Source: an uncultured Gemmatimonadales bacterium
GTDB lineage: Bacteria > Gemmatimonadota > Gemmatimonadetes > Gemmatimonadales > GWC2-71-9
Direction of reading: 5' to 3'
Assembly: GCA_963798915.1 (NCBI GenBank)
Contig: CAWCVB010000005.1
Coordinates: 153,291-217,290 of the forward strand
Length of the DNA stretch: 64,000 nucleotides
Made by a program: the position numbers and the translations under genes. The notes beneath the pieces are model-generated. The model saw only the letters and a list, made by a program, of their open reading frames with translations. It did no database searches and was not told the origin of the DNA. Positions 1-8,346 of the stretch are shown here, in pieces (positions within the stretch are counted from its first letter, which is position 1; the number at the start of each line of letters is the position of its first letter).

Positions 1-1187
1 CGCTGGCGGCCGCCGGACAGCTCGATGACGCCGAGGCACGTGCGCTGGATGCGTACATGACATTCGAGCAGGTCGAGCGCACCGTGCGGGCACGTGATCC
101 CGGGCTTGCCGCCGAACTGGAGGCGGCCTTTGCGGATCTCAGGGCGCGGGCCGGTTCAGGCGGGGCCGATCTGTCCAGCGTCCAGGTGGCGCTGGAAACC
201 CGGCTGCAGCGTGCCGAGCTGGTCTTCTCCGACCGCAGCTCGCCGACGGCGCTCTTCACCCAGTCGTTCCTGCTGATGCTGCGTGAGGGGCTCGAAGCCA
301 TCCTGGTGGTGGGGGCCCTGCTGACGTTCCTGACACGCGCCGGCGCGGGCCATCGCCGCAAGGAAATCCATTGGGGTGTCGCCGCCGCGCTTGGCGCCAG
401 TGCCCTCACGGCGATTGCGCTCGAGACCATCTTCCGCTTGTCACCCTCGCACCAGGAAGCACTCGAAGGCGGCACCTTGCTGGTGGCGGTGGCGGTGCTG
501 TTCTATGTGAGCTACTGGCTGCTGTCCAAGATGGAAGTGACCAAGTGGACCAGCTTCGTGAAGGGGCGGGTGCAGAGCGCCGTTACCAGCGGTTCCGCGC
601 TCGCGCTGGCCTCGGCTGCCTTTCTGGCGGTGTACCGCGAGGGGTTCGAAACCATTCTTTTCTACAAGGCACTCTTCGCCTCCGGCGGCATGGGGGACGC
701 GGCACCGCTGGCGCTCGGGATCCTGGCCGGCATTCTGGCCTTGGTTGGAGTGTACTTCGCGATCAACCGGTTCGGCATCCGCCTGCCGCTCAAGCCATTC
801 TTCGGTGTCACCAGCATCTTCCTCTACCTGATGGCCTTCGTCTTCGCGGGCAAGGGCATCGCCGAATTGCAGGCCGGACGCATCCTGCCGATCACGTACG
901 TGCCGGGTGCGCCCCACTTCTCCCCGCTGGGGATGTACCCGACGGTGGAGACCATGATTGCACAGGGCGTGCTGCTGGGTCTCGCGCTGATTGCGCTCTG
1001 CTGGCTTTTCCTGGTCCTGCCGGCGCGTGAGCGGCGCGAGCAGGTGGCAACGGTGCCGGTGCCGACGCCAGCCGAGGCGGGATCGAACGACCTGGTCCGC
1101 TCGCTGGAACGCGTGGACACCGACCTGGCGGAGGCGCGGGCGGAGCTGGAGCGGTTGCGGGAGCGGCTGGGGGCGGAGAAGCCCTAG
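1..1187 (+). CDS. FTR1/EfeU-family iron permease (probably 5'-truncated by the window edge)
   Basis: Two RExxE motifs (LREGLEA, YREGFET), multiple TM helices, GKGIAELQ motif; the frame is open upstream of 57. Confidence 0.9.
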   Translation, partial: LAAAGQLDDAEARALDAYMTFEQVERTVRARDPGLAAELEAAFADLRARAGSGGADLSSVQVALETRLQRAELVFSDRSSPTALFTQSFLLMLREGLEAILVVGALLTFLTRAGAGHRRKEIHWGVAAALGASALTAIALETIFRLSPSHQEALEGGTLLVAVAVLFYVSYWLLSKMEVTKWTSFVKGRVQSAVTSGSALALASAAFLAVYREGFETILFYKALFASGGMGDAAPLALGILAGILALVGVYFAINRFGIRLPLKPFFGVTSIFLYLMAFVFAGKGIAELQAGRILPITYVPGAPHFSPLGMYPTVETMIAQGVLLGLALIALCWLFLVLPARERREQVATVPVPTPAEAGSNDLVRSLERVDTDLAEARAELERLRERLGAEKP

Positions 1188-1295
1188 GTTCGAGAGGGCG
1201 AGGGGTCGAGCAGGAAACTCGCCACGCGCGTCCTGCGGGATGCTCGCAATGACTGCGGGGGATAGCGTCGCCAGCCGTCCAGCCGTTTTCCCCCA

Positions 1296-1432
1296 AACCA
1301 AAAACCCGCCATTGCGGGCGGGCTTTCGGTATGGGGAGTGGTAGATCGCCCCCTGAGTATACGGAGACGGACCGATGTGCCCGCTCCACCCTTCTTCGAC
1401 CTACCACTTTTTGTTGGGCGTCCTGCCCTCGG
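1296..1432 (-). ncRNA. Candidate sigma-54-dependent structured small RNA (~135 nt)
   Basis: Lies between a consensus -24/-12 promoter and a terminator. Contains a 12-bp stem (1337-1348/1397-1408), an inner hairpin and a 5' GGGC-AGGAC-GCCC hairpin. No convincing ORF. Confidence 0.55.
1300..1326 (-). terminator. Intrinsic terminator (U-tract on the minus strand, possibly bidirectional)
   Basis: CCCGCC(1305-1310)-ATTGCG-GGCGGG(1317-1322) stem flanked by AAAAA at 1300-1304 and TTT at 1324-1326. Confidence 0.7.
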
Positions 1433-1442
1433 CTTTTCATAA

Positions 1443-1458
1443 AGCAACCACCGTGCCA
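1443..1458 (-). promoter_or_regulatory. Sigma-54 (RpoN) -24/-12 promoter
   Basis: Minus strand reads TGGCACGGTGGTTGCT, an exact match to TGGCACG-N4-TTGCW. Confidence 0.75.
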
Positions 1459-1532
1459 CTTCGCATAATTCGCTAAGTCGCCATGTACCAAAGAGTTGCG
1501 AAGAAGCTGAGGGCGCACTTCGGCTGTTATGG

Positions 1533-1549
1533 TGTCACTTTTCTCTACA
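1533..1549. promoter_or_regulatory. Candidate enhancer-binding-protein UAS (TGT-N11-ACA dyad)
   Basis: TGTCACTTTTCTCTACA, about 100-117 bp upstream of the predicted TSS, in AT-rich DNA. Confidence 0.45.
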
Positions 1550-1604
1550 GTATTCGACGCTAACTGTTAATTCTTTATGGCACAGCCACTTAGGTTGCTG
1601 TCAG

Positions 1605-2450
1605 CTATTTTGACGGCGTCGCGATGTTGGGCGTCTTCAGCCAGGTGCCTGGTGCGGGGCTTTCGCCGTGCCTCCAGCGGTTCAGCAGCACAAAGCCCAG
1701 GATCACCAGTGCGACGCTTACCACCTGCGCGATCGTGAGCGGTCCAAAGAACCGGTCGTCCTTGGCGCGAAGGATCTCGATGACGAAGCGCTCTGCCCCG
1801 GCCCAGATCAGGTAGGCGCCGAACAGCCAGCCGGCCGGCCGGTCCAGCTTCCGCCAGCGCCAGAGAAAGACGAACGCCACCAGCATGATCGCCGTTTCGT
1901 ACAGCTGCGTCGGGTGGACTGCCAGAACGGTGGTTGGCTCGAGCCCCGGCGGGCTCGCGATGCCGAGATGCGCGAGGTTGGAGGCCGTCGAGGGGGGATA
2001 CCCCTGCGGGAACTTCACGGCCCAGGGGACGGAGGTCGGCCGGCCGTAGTCGTCGTTGATCAGGAAGCAGCCCACCCGGCCCAGGGCATACGCTGCCGCC
2101 AGGGCCGGCGCTGCGAGCTGCATGGTCCAGCGCAGCGGGACATGGCGACGCCAGCCGTTGAGGATGACGGCCAAGGCGCCGCCAATGAAACCGCCGTACC
2201 AGACCAGGCCACCGCGATCGAACAGCGTGCCCGGATCGCCGGTGAGCGCCACGTACCAGAGCTTGGCGCCGATGACGCCACCAACCAAAGCGGCCACCAC
2301 GATGTCGGCGGAGTACTCTTCCCGGAATCGCCGCCGGCGGAGTTCCTGGGTCATGAGCCACCCGCCCATGAGGAACGCCACCATCATCATGAGGCCGTAA
2401 CCGGTGATGGTCAGCGGGCCGAGGTGAAAGAGCAGCGGATACATGGTCAT
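1605..2450 (-). CDS. lgt: Prolipoprotein diacylglyceryl transferase
   Basis: GGLVWYGG, LGRVGCF, HPTQLYE and RFVIEILR motifs. Confidence 0.95.
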   Translation of the reverse strand: MTMYPLLFHLGPLTITGYGLMMMVAFLMGGWLMTQELRRRRFREEYSADIVVAALVGGVIGAKLWYVALTGDPGTLFDRGGLVWYGGFIGGALAVILNGWRRHVPLRWTMQLAAPALAAAYALGRVGCFLINDDYGRPTSVPWAVKFPQGYPPSTASNLAHLGIASPPGLEPTTVLAVHPTQLYETAIMLVAFVFLWRWRKLDRPAGWLFGAYLIWAGAERFVIEILRAKDDRFFGPLTIAQVVSVALVILGFVLLNRWRHGESPAPGTWLKTPNIATPSK

Positions 2451-3481
2451 GGTAGCAGCGCACCGTCTTCGAGTCCGGGGATCGGCAGGTCATCGCGAGG
2501 CTCCAGTGCGAGATCACTGCGCTCGCCCCGGTCCAGTCGCCATGCGCCCGCCGCGGCGATCATCGCCGCATTGTCAGTGTTGAGCCGGGGGGAAGCTACG
2601 CTCACCCGCGCCCGTCCCGCCAGTTTTTCACGCAGCGCGCGCGCCAGGGCGCGATTGCAGGCCACGCCCCCGCCGATGATGGCTGCATCATAGCCAAGCT
2701 CATCCACGAGCCGGGTGGTCTTGCTGGCCAATACATCCACCGCCGCGTCCTGGAATGCCCGCGCCAGATCGGCCCGATCCCGCGCCAGGTCCACGCTCTG
2801 CTGCACTGCGCGCCGCACCGCCGTCTTGAGTCCGCTGAACGAGAAGTTGTAACGGTTGGGACCATCGGCACCCAGCATCGGTCGCGGGAAGGTGAACCGG
2901 CCGGCAACGCCGTCCTGGGCCAGGTGTTCCACCGCGCCGCCGCCGGGATACCCGAGACCCAGCAGCACGGCCACCTTGTCGAACGCCTCGCCTGCCGCGT
3001 CGTCGAGGGTCCGTCCTGCCAGGCGATAGCGTCCCCAGTCCCTTACGTCGAGCAGCAGGGTGTGCCCGCCACTGACCAGCAGTGCCACGAAAGGCGGGCG
3101 CAGCTCGCGGTCCTCGAGCGCCGGCGCGAACAGGTGGCCCTCCAGGTGATTGACACCGATGAACGGCAGGCCTCGGCTCCAGGCCAGGGTCTTGCCGTAC
3201 ATGAGCCCGACCAGCAACGCGCCCACCAGCCCGGGACCCGCGGTGACAGCAATTCCCTCGATGGCGTCAAGCGTCGTCCCGGCATCCTCCAGCGCGCGCT
3301 TCACCACGGGACCGACGGCTTCGAGGTGCGCTCGGCTGGCAAGTTCCGGCACAACGCCACCGAAGACGGCATGAATGTCCTGCGAGAGAATGACCAGACT
3401 GCGCAGTGCGGGTGGCGCATCAGGTTGATGGTCGAGCACCGCCGCCGACGTCTCGTCGCAGGATGTCTCCAGCGCAAGCAC
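2447..3481 (-). CDS. tsaD: tRNA N6-adenosine threonylcarbamoyltransferase
   Basis: LETSCDET, GGVVPELASRAH, HLEGH, SGGHT, FSFSGLKTA and DNAAMIA motifs. Confidence 0.97.
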   Translation of the reverse strand: MLALETSCDETSAAVLDHQPDAPPALRSLVILSQDIHAVFGGVVPELASRAHLEAVGPVVKRALEDAGTTLDAIEGIAVTAGPGLVGALLVGLMYGKTLAWSRGLPFIGVNHLEGHLFAPALEDRELRPPFVALLVSGGHTLLLDVRDWGRYRLAGRTLDDAAGEAFDKVAVLLGLGYPGGGAVEHLAQDGVAGRFTFPRPMLGADGPNRYNFSFSGLKTAVRRAVQQSVDLARDRADLARAFQDAAVDVLASKTTRLVDELGYDAAIIGGGVACNRALARALREKLAGRARVSVASPRLNTDNAAMIAAAGAWRLDRGERSDLALEPRDDLPIPGLEDGALLP

Positions 3482-3486
3482 TCGCG

Positions 3487-4077
3487 TCAGTGTCGTTCTT
3501 CCGGGCTGATGACCACGCTGTCGCCGGGGGCTGGCCTGATGACGCCGAGCTGGCGTTCGATGAGCGCAACGTTGGCGGGAGACGACCAGTCATGCGCACC
3601 AATGACCCGCTTGATGATCACGCCCTGCTTGTCGAGCAGGAAGCTTTCGGGCACGCCCGTCGTCTGGTAGAGTGTGGAAATCCGTCCGCTGCGATCCTGC
3701 AGAATGTCGAAGGTGAGGCCGAACTCGCGGGTGAAGGCCAGCACGTCCTCGGGACTGCCTTCATCGATGCTGACAGCCGCAATGGCAAAGCCTTCATCCT
3801 TCAGCCGGGCATAGGCCCGCTGCATCGCCGGCATCTCCTGGCGGCAGGGGACGCACCAGGTGGCCCAGATGTTCAGCAGCGTCACCTTGCCCTTGTACCG
3901 ATCGCGGATCGCGACGGTATCTCCCGACGCCAGGTCGGCGACCCGGATGTCAGGCGCGCGGGCGCCGACCTCGACGCGGGCGGTCTCGTGCCCGACATGG
4001 GTGAGCACCCACACGCCGATGCCAAGGCCGGTGAGTATCAGGACGACGACGAGCCACTGGCGGGCTGAACTGGACAC
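3487..4077 (-). CDS. TlpA/ResA-family thiol:disulfide oxidoreductase
   Basis: N-terminal TM, NIWATWCVPC and GVPESFLLD motifs; GTG start chosen at 4077. Confidence 0.9.
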   Translation of the reverse strand: MSSSARQWLVVVLILTGLGIGVWVLTHVGHETARVEVGARAPDIRVADLASGDTVAIRDRYKGKVTLLNIWATWCVPCRQEMPAMQRAYARLKDEGFAIAAVSIDEGSPEDVLAFTREFGLTFDILQDRSGRISTLYQTTGVPESFLLDKQGVIIKRVIGAHDWSSPANVALIERQLGVIRPAPGDSVVISPEERH

Positions 4078-4081
4078 GGTG

Positions 4082-4747
4082 CTATACCTGGGCGGAGCAT
4101 GCCGCCCGCAAGTCGCGGATGGCACGCGTGATATCGGGCTGGCCGAAGATGGCGGTGCCGGCCACGAAGGTGTCGGCGCCGGCTGCGTACGCAGCGGCGA
4201 TGGTGTGCGGATCGATGCCACCGTCCACCTCGAGGGCGGCGCTGGAGCGGTAGGCATTCAGCACGGCCCGCACCCGGCTGATCTTGCCGGTGGACGCGGG
4301 GATATAGCTCTGGCCGCCGTATCCCGGATTCACCGACATCACCAGCACGAGATCCAGGTCGTCAAGCACCTCGGTGACGTGTGCCACCGGCGTTGCCGGG
4401 TTGAGCGCCAGGCCGGCGAGCATGCCGCATTGCCGGACGTGAGCCAGGTGCCGCTGCACGTGCGGGGACGCCTCGGGGTGGAAGGTGAAGACCGACGCGC
4501 CTGCGACAGCAAAGGGCTCGATGTACATCTCCGGACGTTCCACCATCAGGTGCACGTCAATTGGAACATCCGTGAGGCGCCGAAGCGCCGCGATGACTGG
4601 CGCGCCGAAAGTCAGGTTGGGAACGAAGTGCCCGTCCATCACGTCGACATGCAGCCAGTCGGCGCCGCCATCCAGCGCCGCCTGTACCTCGTCTCGCAGA
4701 CGGCTGAGATCGGCGCTCAGGATGCTGGGGGCAATCCGCAGCGTCAT
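4082..4747 (-). CDS. rpe: Ribulose-phosphate 3-epimerase
   Basis: IAPSILSAD, HVDVMDGHFVPN, MSVNPGYGGQ and EVDGGI motifs. Confidence 0.97.
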   Translation of the reverse strand: MTLRIAPSILSADLSRLRDEVQAALDGGADWLHVDVMDGHFVPNLTFGAPVIAALRRLTDVPIDVHLMVERPEMYIEPFAVAGASVFTFHPEASPHVQRHLAHVRQCGMLAGLALNPATPVAHVTEVLDDLDLVLVMSVNPGYGGQSYIPASTGKISRVRAVLNAYRSSAALEVDGGIDPHTIAAAYAAGADTFVAGTAIFGQPDITRAIRDLRAACSAQV

Positions 4748-5322
4748 CGATTGGCTCCGTTGATGATCAAATCCACGCTGCTGCCCGGCAACCGCCCGGC
4801 ACCGGCCGAAGGCCGGGTGCCGAGTACCACGCCGCCGTCTTCTTCGTGGTCGATGACCGAGTCGATGCTCCCGGGCTTGAGGCCGGCCGCCGCAAGTATC
4901 TCGATGGCCTGGTGCGCTTCGAGTCCCACCAGATCGGGCACCGGCACCGCCCGCACGCCGCCGCTCGGCGTGAGCGTCACGACTGTATTGCGCGGCGCCA
5001 TGGTGCCGCCCGGCGGGTCCTGCCGGACCACCTTGCCACGCTCCACATCCGGGCTCTCAACCGCCGGGGCAACCCGCACCCGGTATCCCAGTCCGGTCAG
5101 CTGCGCTTCGGCATCGCTGATGCCGGCGCCCGTGAGCAGTGGGACCGTGTCGTCCTGCCCAAAGATCGGCACTGGCGAAAGCCAGACTGCTGCCACCAGG
5201 AACCCGACCACGGCAACCAGGAGCACGAGAATGACGTCGCGGAGCCCCGAACGACGCCTTGGCGGGCGCTCTTCGATGGGGTCGGGTGCGATGTCGGGCC
5301 GCATGTGACGTCGGAATCGCAT
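4744..5322 (-). CDS. Membrane-anchored protein with two PASTA domains
   Basis: Single TM followed by VPLLTG..VVRQDPPGG and VPDLVG..VLGTRPSAG PASTA-like repeats. Confidence 0.8.
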   Translation of the reverse strand: MRFRRHMRPDIAPDPIEERPPRRRSGLRDVILVLLVAVVGFLVAAVWLSPVPIFGQDDTVPLLTGAGISDAEAQLTGLGYRVRVAPAVESPDVERGKVVRQDPPGGTMAPRNTVVTLTPSGGVRAVPVPDLVGLEAHQAIEILAAAGLKPGSIDSVIDHEEDGGVVLGTRPSAGAGRLPGSSVDLIINGANR

Positions 5323-5326
5323 CAGC

Positions 5327-6643
5327 TCAGGACTCCGCTCGCCGCAGGCGGGCCGCATACGCGCCATCCATCCCGTGGCGCTGCGGGAAGATGGCCAGGT
5401 CCCCGTCGGTGCTCAGCAGCGCTGCCGGAAATCCCTCCGGCCTCTCGCGTGCAAAGTCCGGGTGTCGCTGCAGGAACGCTGCGATCTGCTGGTCGTTTTC
5501 TTCTGGTTCGAGTGAGCACGTTGCGTAAACTAACAGGCCTCCGGGCCGCACGATGCCCGCGGCGGCATCCAGCAGGTGCGCCTGATGCGCGCTGAGCGAG
5601 GCCAGCGCCTCGGCGGTCACCCGCCACCGCGCATCCGGGTGGCGGGCGAAGGTGCCCGTACCAAGGCAGGGCGCGTCCAGGAGCACCAGGTCCACCGGGC
5701 GCAGCGGCGGCCTCGCGGCGTCGCCGACCAGCACCAGCTCGCTGCCGCTGCCGGCGCGCGCAACATTGCCCGAGAGGCGCGCGGCGCGCCGGTGATGTTT
5801 CTCCATGGCCGCGAGGCGTCGTACCAGCCGGCCCAGCGCCAATGTCTTGCCGCCGGGTGCCGCGCACAGGTCGGCGACCGTCGCCTCGGCCGGCACCTCG
5901 GCAAACCAGGTCAGCAGCGCCTGGGCCGGATCCTGCACAAAGAAGGCGCCCTCGTCGAAGCCTGGCAGCTCATCCGGGCGGCTGCGATCGGTCACCAGCC
6001 CGGCGCCCCAGGGCGCCGGCCGCAGCGGGATACCCGCCGCGCTCCAACGGCGCTCGAGAGCGTGAAGGCTCGACCGAGCCGGTTGCAGCACCAGTTTCGG
6101 GGCAGTGTTATTCCATTCCAGCAGGCGCTCGGTTTCATCCGCGCCGAACCGCGCCGTCCATCGGTCCACCAACCAGTCCGGATGTGAATACCGCGCACCC
6201 ATAGTATCGGTGGCGTTCGCGGCATGCGGGCCGGACCCATCCGCCCTGATGGCGACTTTCCGGAGCACGGCGTTGACAAACCCGGCCGAGCGGCCGCCGG
6301 CGGTCTCGCGTGCAAGCTGCACGGCCGTACCCACGGCAGCGTGATCGGGAACGCGGTCAAGACTGGAGAGCTGGTAGGCGCCGATCCGGAGGATGTTCTG
6401 CAGGGTGGGGGAGACCGCGTCCCAGTTGCGCGAGACCACGTGAGCCAGCGACGCATCCAGCGCGCGCTGGCCCCGCAGCACGCCGGCACTGATCTCGTGG
6501 GCCAGGCGGCGATCGGGATCGGGAAGTCTCCGCACCGCATCCTCGAGCGCCTGGTCGAACGGCCGGCCCTCCCGGACCTGCGCGAGGATGGTCAGTGCGG
6601 CCCGGCGCGGTGCGAGGCCTGAGGTGCGTTGCTTGGTGGACAT
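5327..6643 (-). CDS. rsmB: 16S rRNA (cytosine967-C5)-methyltransferase RsmB/Sun
   Basis: NusB-like N-terminus (GFVNAVLR); DLCAAPGGK, DAPCLGTG and YATCSLEPEEN motifs. Confidence 0.93.
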   Translation of the reverse strand: MSTKQRTSGLAPRRAALTILAQVREGRPFDQALEDAVRRLPDPDRRLAHEISAGVLRGQRALDASLAHVVSRNWDAVSPTLQNILRIGAYQLSSLDRVPDHAAVGTAVQLARETAGGRSAGFVNAVLRKVAIRADGSGPHAANATDTMGARYSHPDWLVDRWTARFGADETERLLEWNNTAPKLVLQPARSSLHALERRWSAAGIPLRPAPWGAGLVTDRSRPDELPGFDEGAFFVQDPAQALLTWFAEVPAEATVADLCAAPGGKTLALGRLVRRLAAMEKHHRRAARLSGNVARAGSGSELVLVGDAARPPLRPVDLVLLDAPCLGTGTFARHPDARWRVTAEALASLSAHQAHLLDAAAGIVRPGGLLVYATCSLEPEENDQQIAAFLQRHPDFARERPEGFPAALLSTDGDLAIFPQRHGMDGAYAARLRRAES

Positions 6644-6669
6644 GGGGAGGGCTCCGCGGACGCTCGGGG

Positions 6670-6725
6670 GTCGACAGTCAACGGTCAACAGTCGACCGTC
6701 GACCGTCGACCATTGACTGTTGACC
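6670..6725. repeat. Palindromic heptamer tandem repeat (GTCRACN/GTTGACN x8)
   Basis: gtcgaca-gtcaacg-gtcaaca-gtcgacc-gtcgacc-gtcgacc-attgact-gttgacc between thiG and rsmB. Confidence 0.9.
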
Positions 6726-6727
6726 TG

Positions 6728-7507
6728 CTACGCCAGCATCCCCACTTCCGGTGTCGATGGCATGGCGATCTGGCGCATGGGCATGCGACCGGCCAGCCAG
6801 GCCGCACGGCCCGCTTCCACGGCGAGTCGCATGGCATGCGCCATCGCGACCGGGTCGCGCGCCTCCGCCAGCGCCGTGTTCATGAGGATGCCGTCGACAC
6901 CCTGCTCCATCACGATGCACGCGTCGGAGGCCGTGCCCACGCCGGCGTCGACGATCACCGGTACGGAGAGCCGCCGCTTGATGGTCCGGATGCTGAATGG
7001 ATTGATGAGGCCGAGACCGCTCCCGATCGGCGATGCAAGGGGCATGACGGCGGTGGCACCGGCTTCTTCCAGACGGAGGGCGGTGATCAGGTCGTCGTTG
7101 CTGTACGCCAGCACCTTGAACCCTTCGCCAGCGAGCTCCCTGGTGGCGCTCAGCAGGCCGGCAACATCGGGGAGCAGCGTTTCCTGGTCACCGATGACTT
7201 CGAGCTTGACCCACTCGTTGAACCCGGCTTCGCGCCCGAGTCGCGCGTAGCGGATCGCATCCTCGGCCGTGTAGCAGCCGGCCGTGTTGGCCAGCAGGAA
7301 ATACCGTTCCGGTGGCAGGTGATGCAGGATGCCCGCGTCATTGGCGCGATCAAGGTCCACCCGGCGCACTGCCACCGTGACGATCTCCGCGCCTGACGCG
7401 GCAATCGCGTCCACCATCTCCGCGTTGGTGCGATACTTCCCGGTGCCGACCATGAGCCGGGAGCGAAACTCCCGGCCGCCAAGTTCGAAGGGCGTGTCTA
7501 TGGTCAT
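6728..7507 (-). CDS. thiG: Thiazole synthase
   Basis: SRLMVGTGKY, NTAGC, VKLEVI, MPLASPIGSG and DAGVGTASDA motifs. Confidence 0.97.
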   Translation of the reverse strand: MTIDTPFELGGREFRSRLMVGTGKYRTNAEMVDAIAASGAEIVTVAVRRVDLDRANDAGILHHLPPERYFLLANTAGCYTAEDAIRYARLGREAGFNEWVKLEVIGDQETLLPDVAGLLSATRELAGEGFKVLAYSNDDLITALRLEEAGATAVMPLASPIGSGLGLINPFSIRTIKRRLSVPVIVDAGVGTASDACIVMEQGVDGILMNTALAEARDPVAMAHAMRLAVEAGRAAWLAGRMPMRQIAMPSTPEVGMLA

Positions 7508-7511
7508 TGCG

Positions 7512-7721
7512 TCATCCCCCTCCGACAAAATGCACCACTTCGATGGAATCGCCCTCGGCCAGGGCCGTATCGGCAAGGTGAGCCCGCCGTACGATCTGCC
7601 GGTTGTGCTCCACCACTACTGCGCGGGCGTCGAGACCCAGATGGCGCAGCAGTGCATCCAGCGAGAGTCGATCCGGCAGCTGCCTCGGTTCTCCGTTCAA
7701 TGTGACCGTCACTTCATTCAT
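7512..7721 (-). CDS. thiS: Sulfur carrier protein ThiS
   Basis: 69 aa, MNEVTVTLNG...EVVHFVGGG with C-terminal GG, adjacent to thiG. Confidence 0.95.
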   Translation of the reverse strand: MNEVTVTLNGEPRQLPDRLSLDALLRHLGLDARAVVVEHNRQIVRRAHLADTALAEGDSIEVVHFVGGG

Positions 7722-8346
7722 TGTTGCTGCTTCCTTCCATCCATGGCGCCAGGAGCGACGTGGCGGCGGCTGCGGGACTGGGCGCATCCCAGAGCGCCCG
7801 GATGGCGGCAACACCCCACGCGCCAGCCTGGCGCACCGACTCCGCATTCGCCGCCGTGATCCCGCCAATGGCCACCACCCGGATTCCGGTCTTTGCGGCG
7901 ACGCTCAATTCTTCCAGTCCGAGCGGCCGCCACGCATGTCCCGGTGTTTCGAAGATATGCCCGAGCAGGGCAAAGTCGGCGCCTTCATCCCGGGCGCGAA
8001 GCACATCATCTACGGAATGCGCCGATCGACCGATCAGGCCCTGGCCCAGGACCAGTCGCGCATCATCCGGGGCGAGGTCGTCATCCGCCAGCTGCACGCC
8101 ATGCGCCCCCACGGCCCGCGCGATGTCGGCCCGCCCGTTCACGAAGACCTGGGCCTCGGCCGGTCGAGCCAGCGCCACGAATCGCTCGGCGCAGCGGGCG
8201 AGCGCTGCCGGCGCCGCGCCGCGGTCCCGTGCGTGCAGCGCCACGGCGCTGCCGCCGGCGGCGATCGCCGCCGCTTTCACACCGAGGTCCGGATGGCCAA
8301 GGATCGCGCCATTGGTAATGGCATGCAGTCGTGCGAGCGGCCTCAC
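7714..8346 (-). CDS. thiE: Thiamine phosphate synthase (ThiE/TenI family)
   Basis: VFVNGRADIA, GVQL, IGRSAH and VAIGGIT motifs; located in the thiS-thiG cluster. Confidence 0.8.
   Translation of the reverse strand: MRPLARLHAITNGAILGHPDLGVKAAAIAAGGSAVALHARDRGAAPAALARCAERFVALARPAEAQVFVNGRADIARAVGAHGVQLADDDLAPDDARLVLGQGLIGRSAHSVDDVLRARDEGADFALLGHIFETPGHAWRPLGLEELSVAAKTGIRVVAIGGITAANAESVRQAGAWGVAAIRALWDAPSPAAAATSLLAPWMEGSSNNE

Noticed and set aside
1296..1432. tRNA, SRP RNA or tmRNA identity for the structured region
   Set aside because: No cloverleaf or T-loop, no recognisable SRP helix-8 motif, and too short for tmRNA.
1184..1459. 91-aa minus-strand ORF (and the 892-1518 ORF) as protein-coding
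   Set aside because: Starts lie within or upstream of the sigma-54 box, the frames run through a terminator, and the composition is not protein-like.
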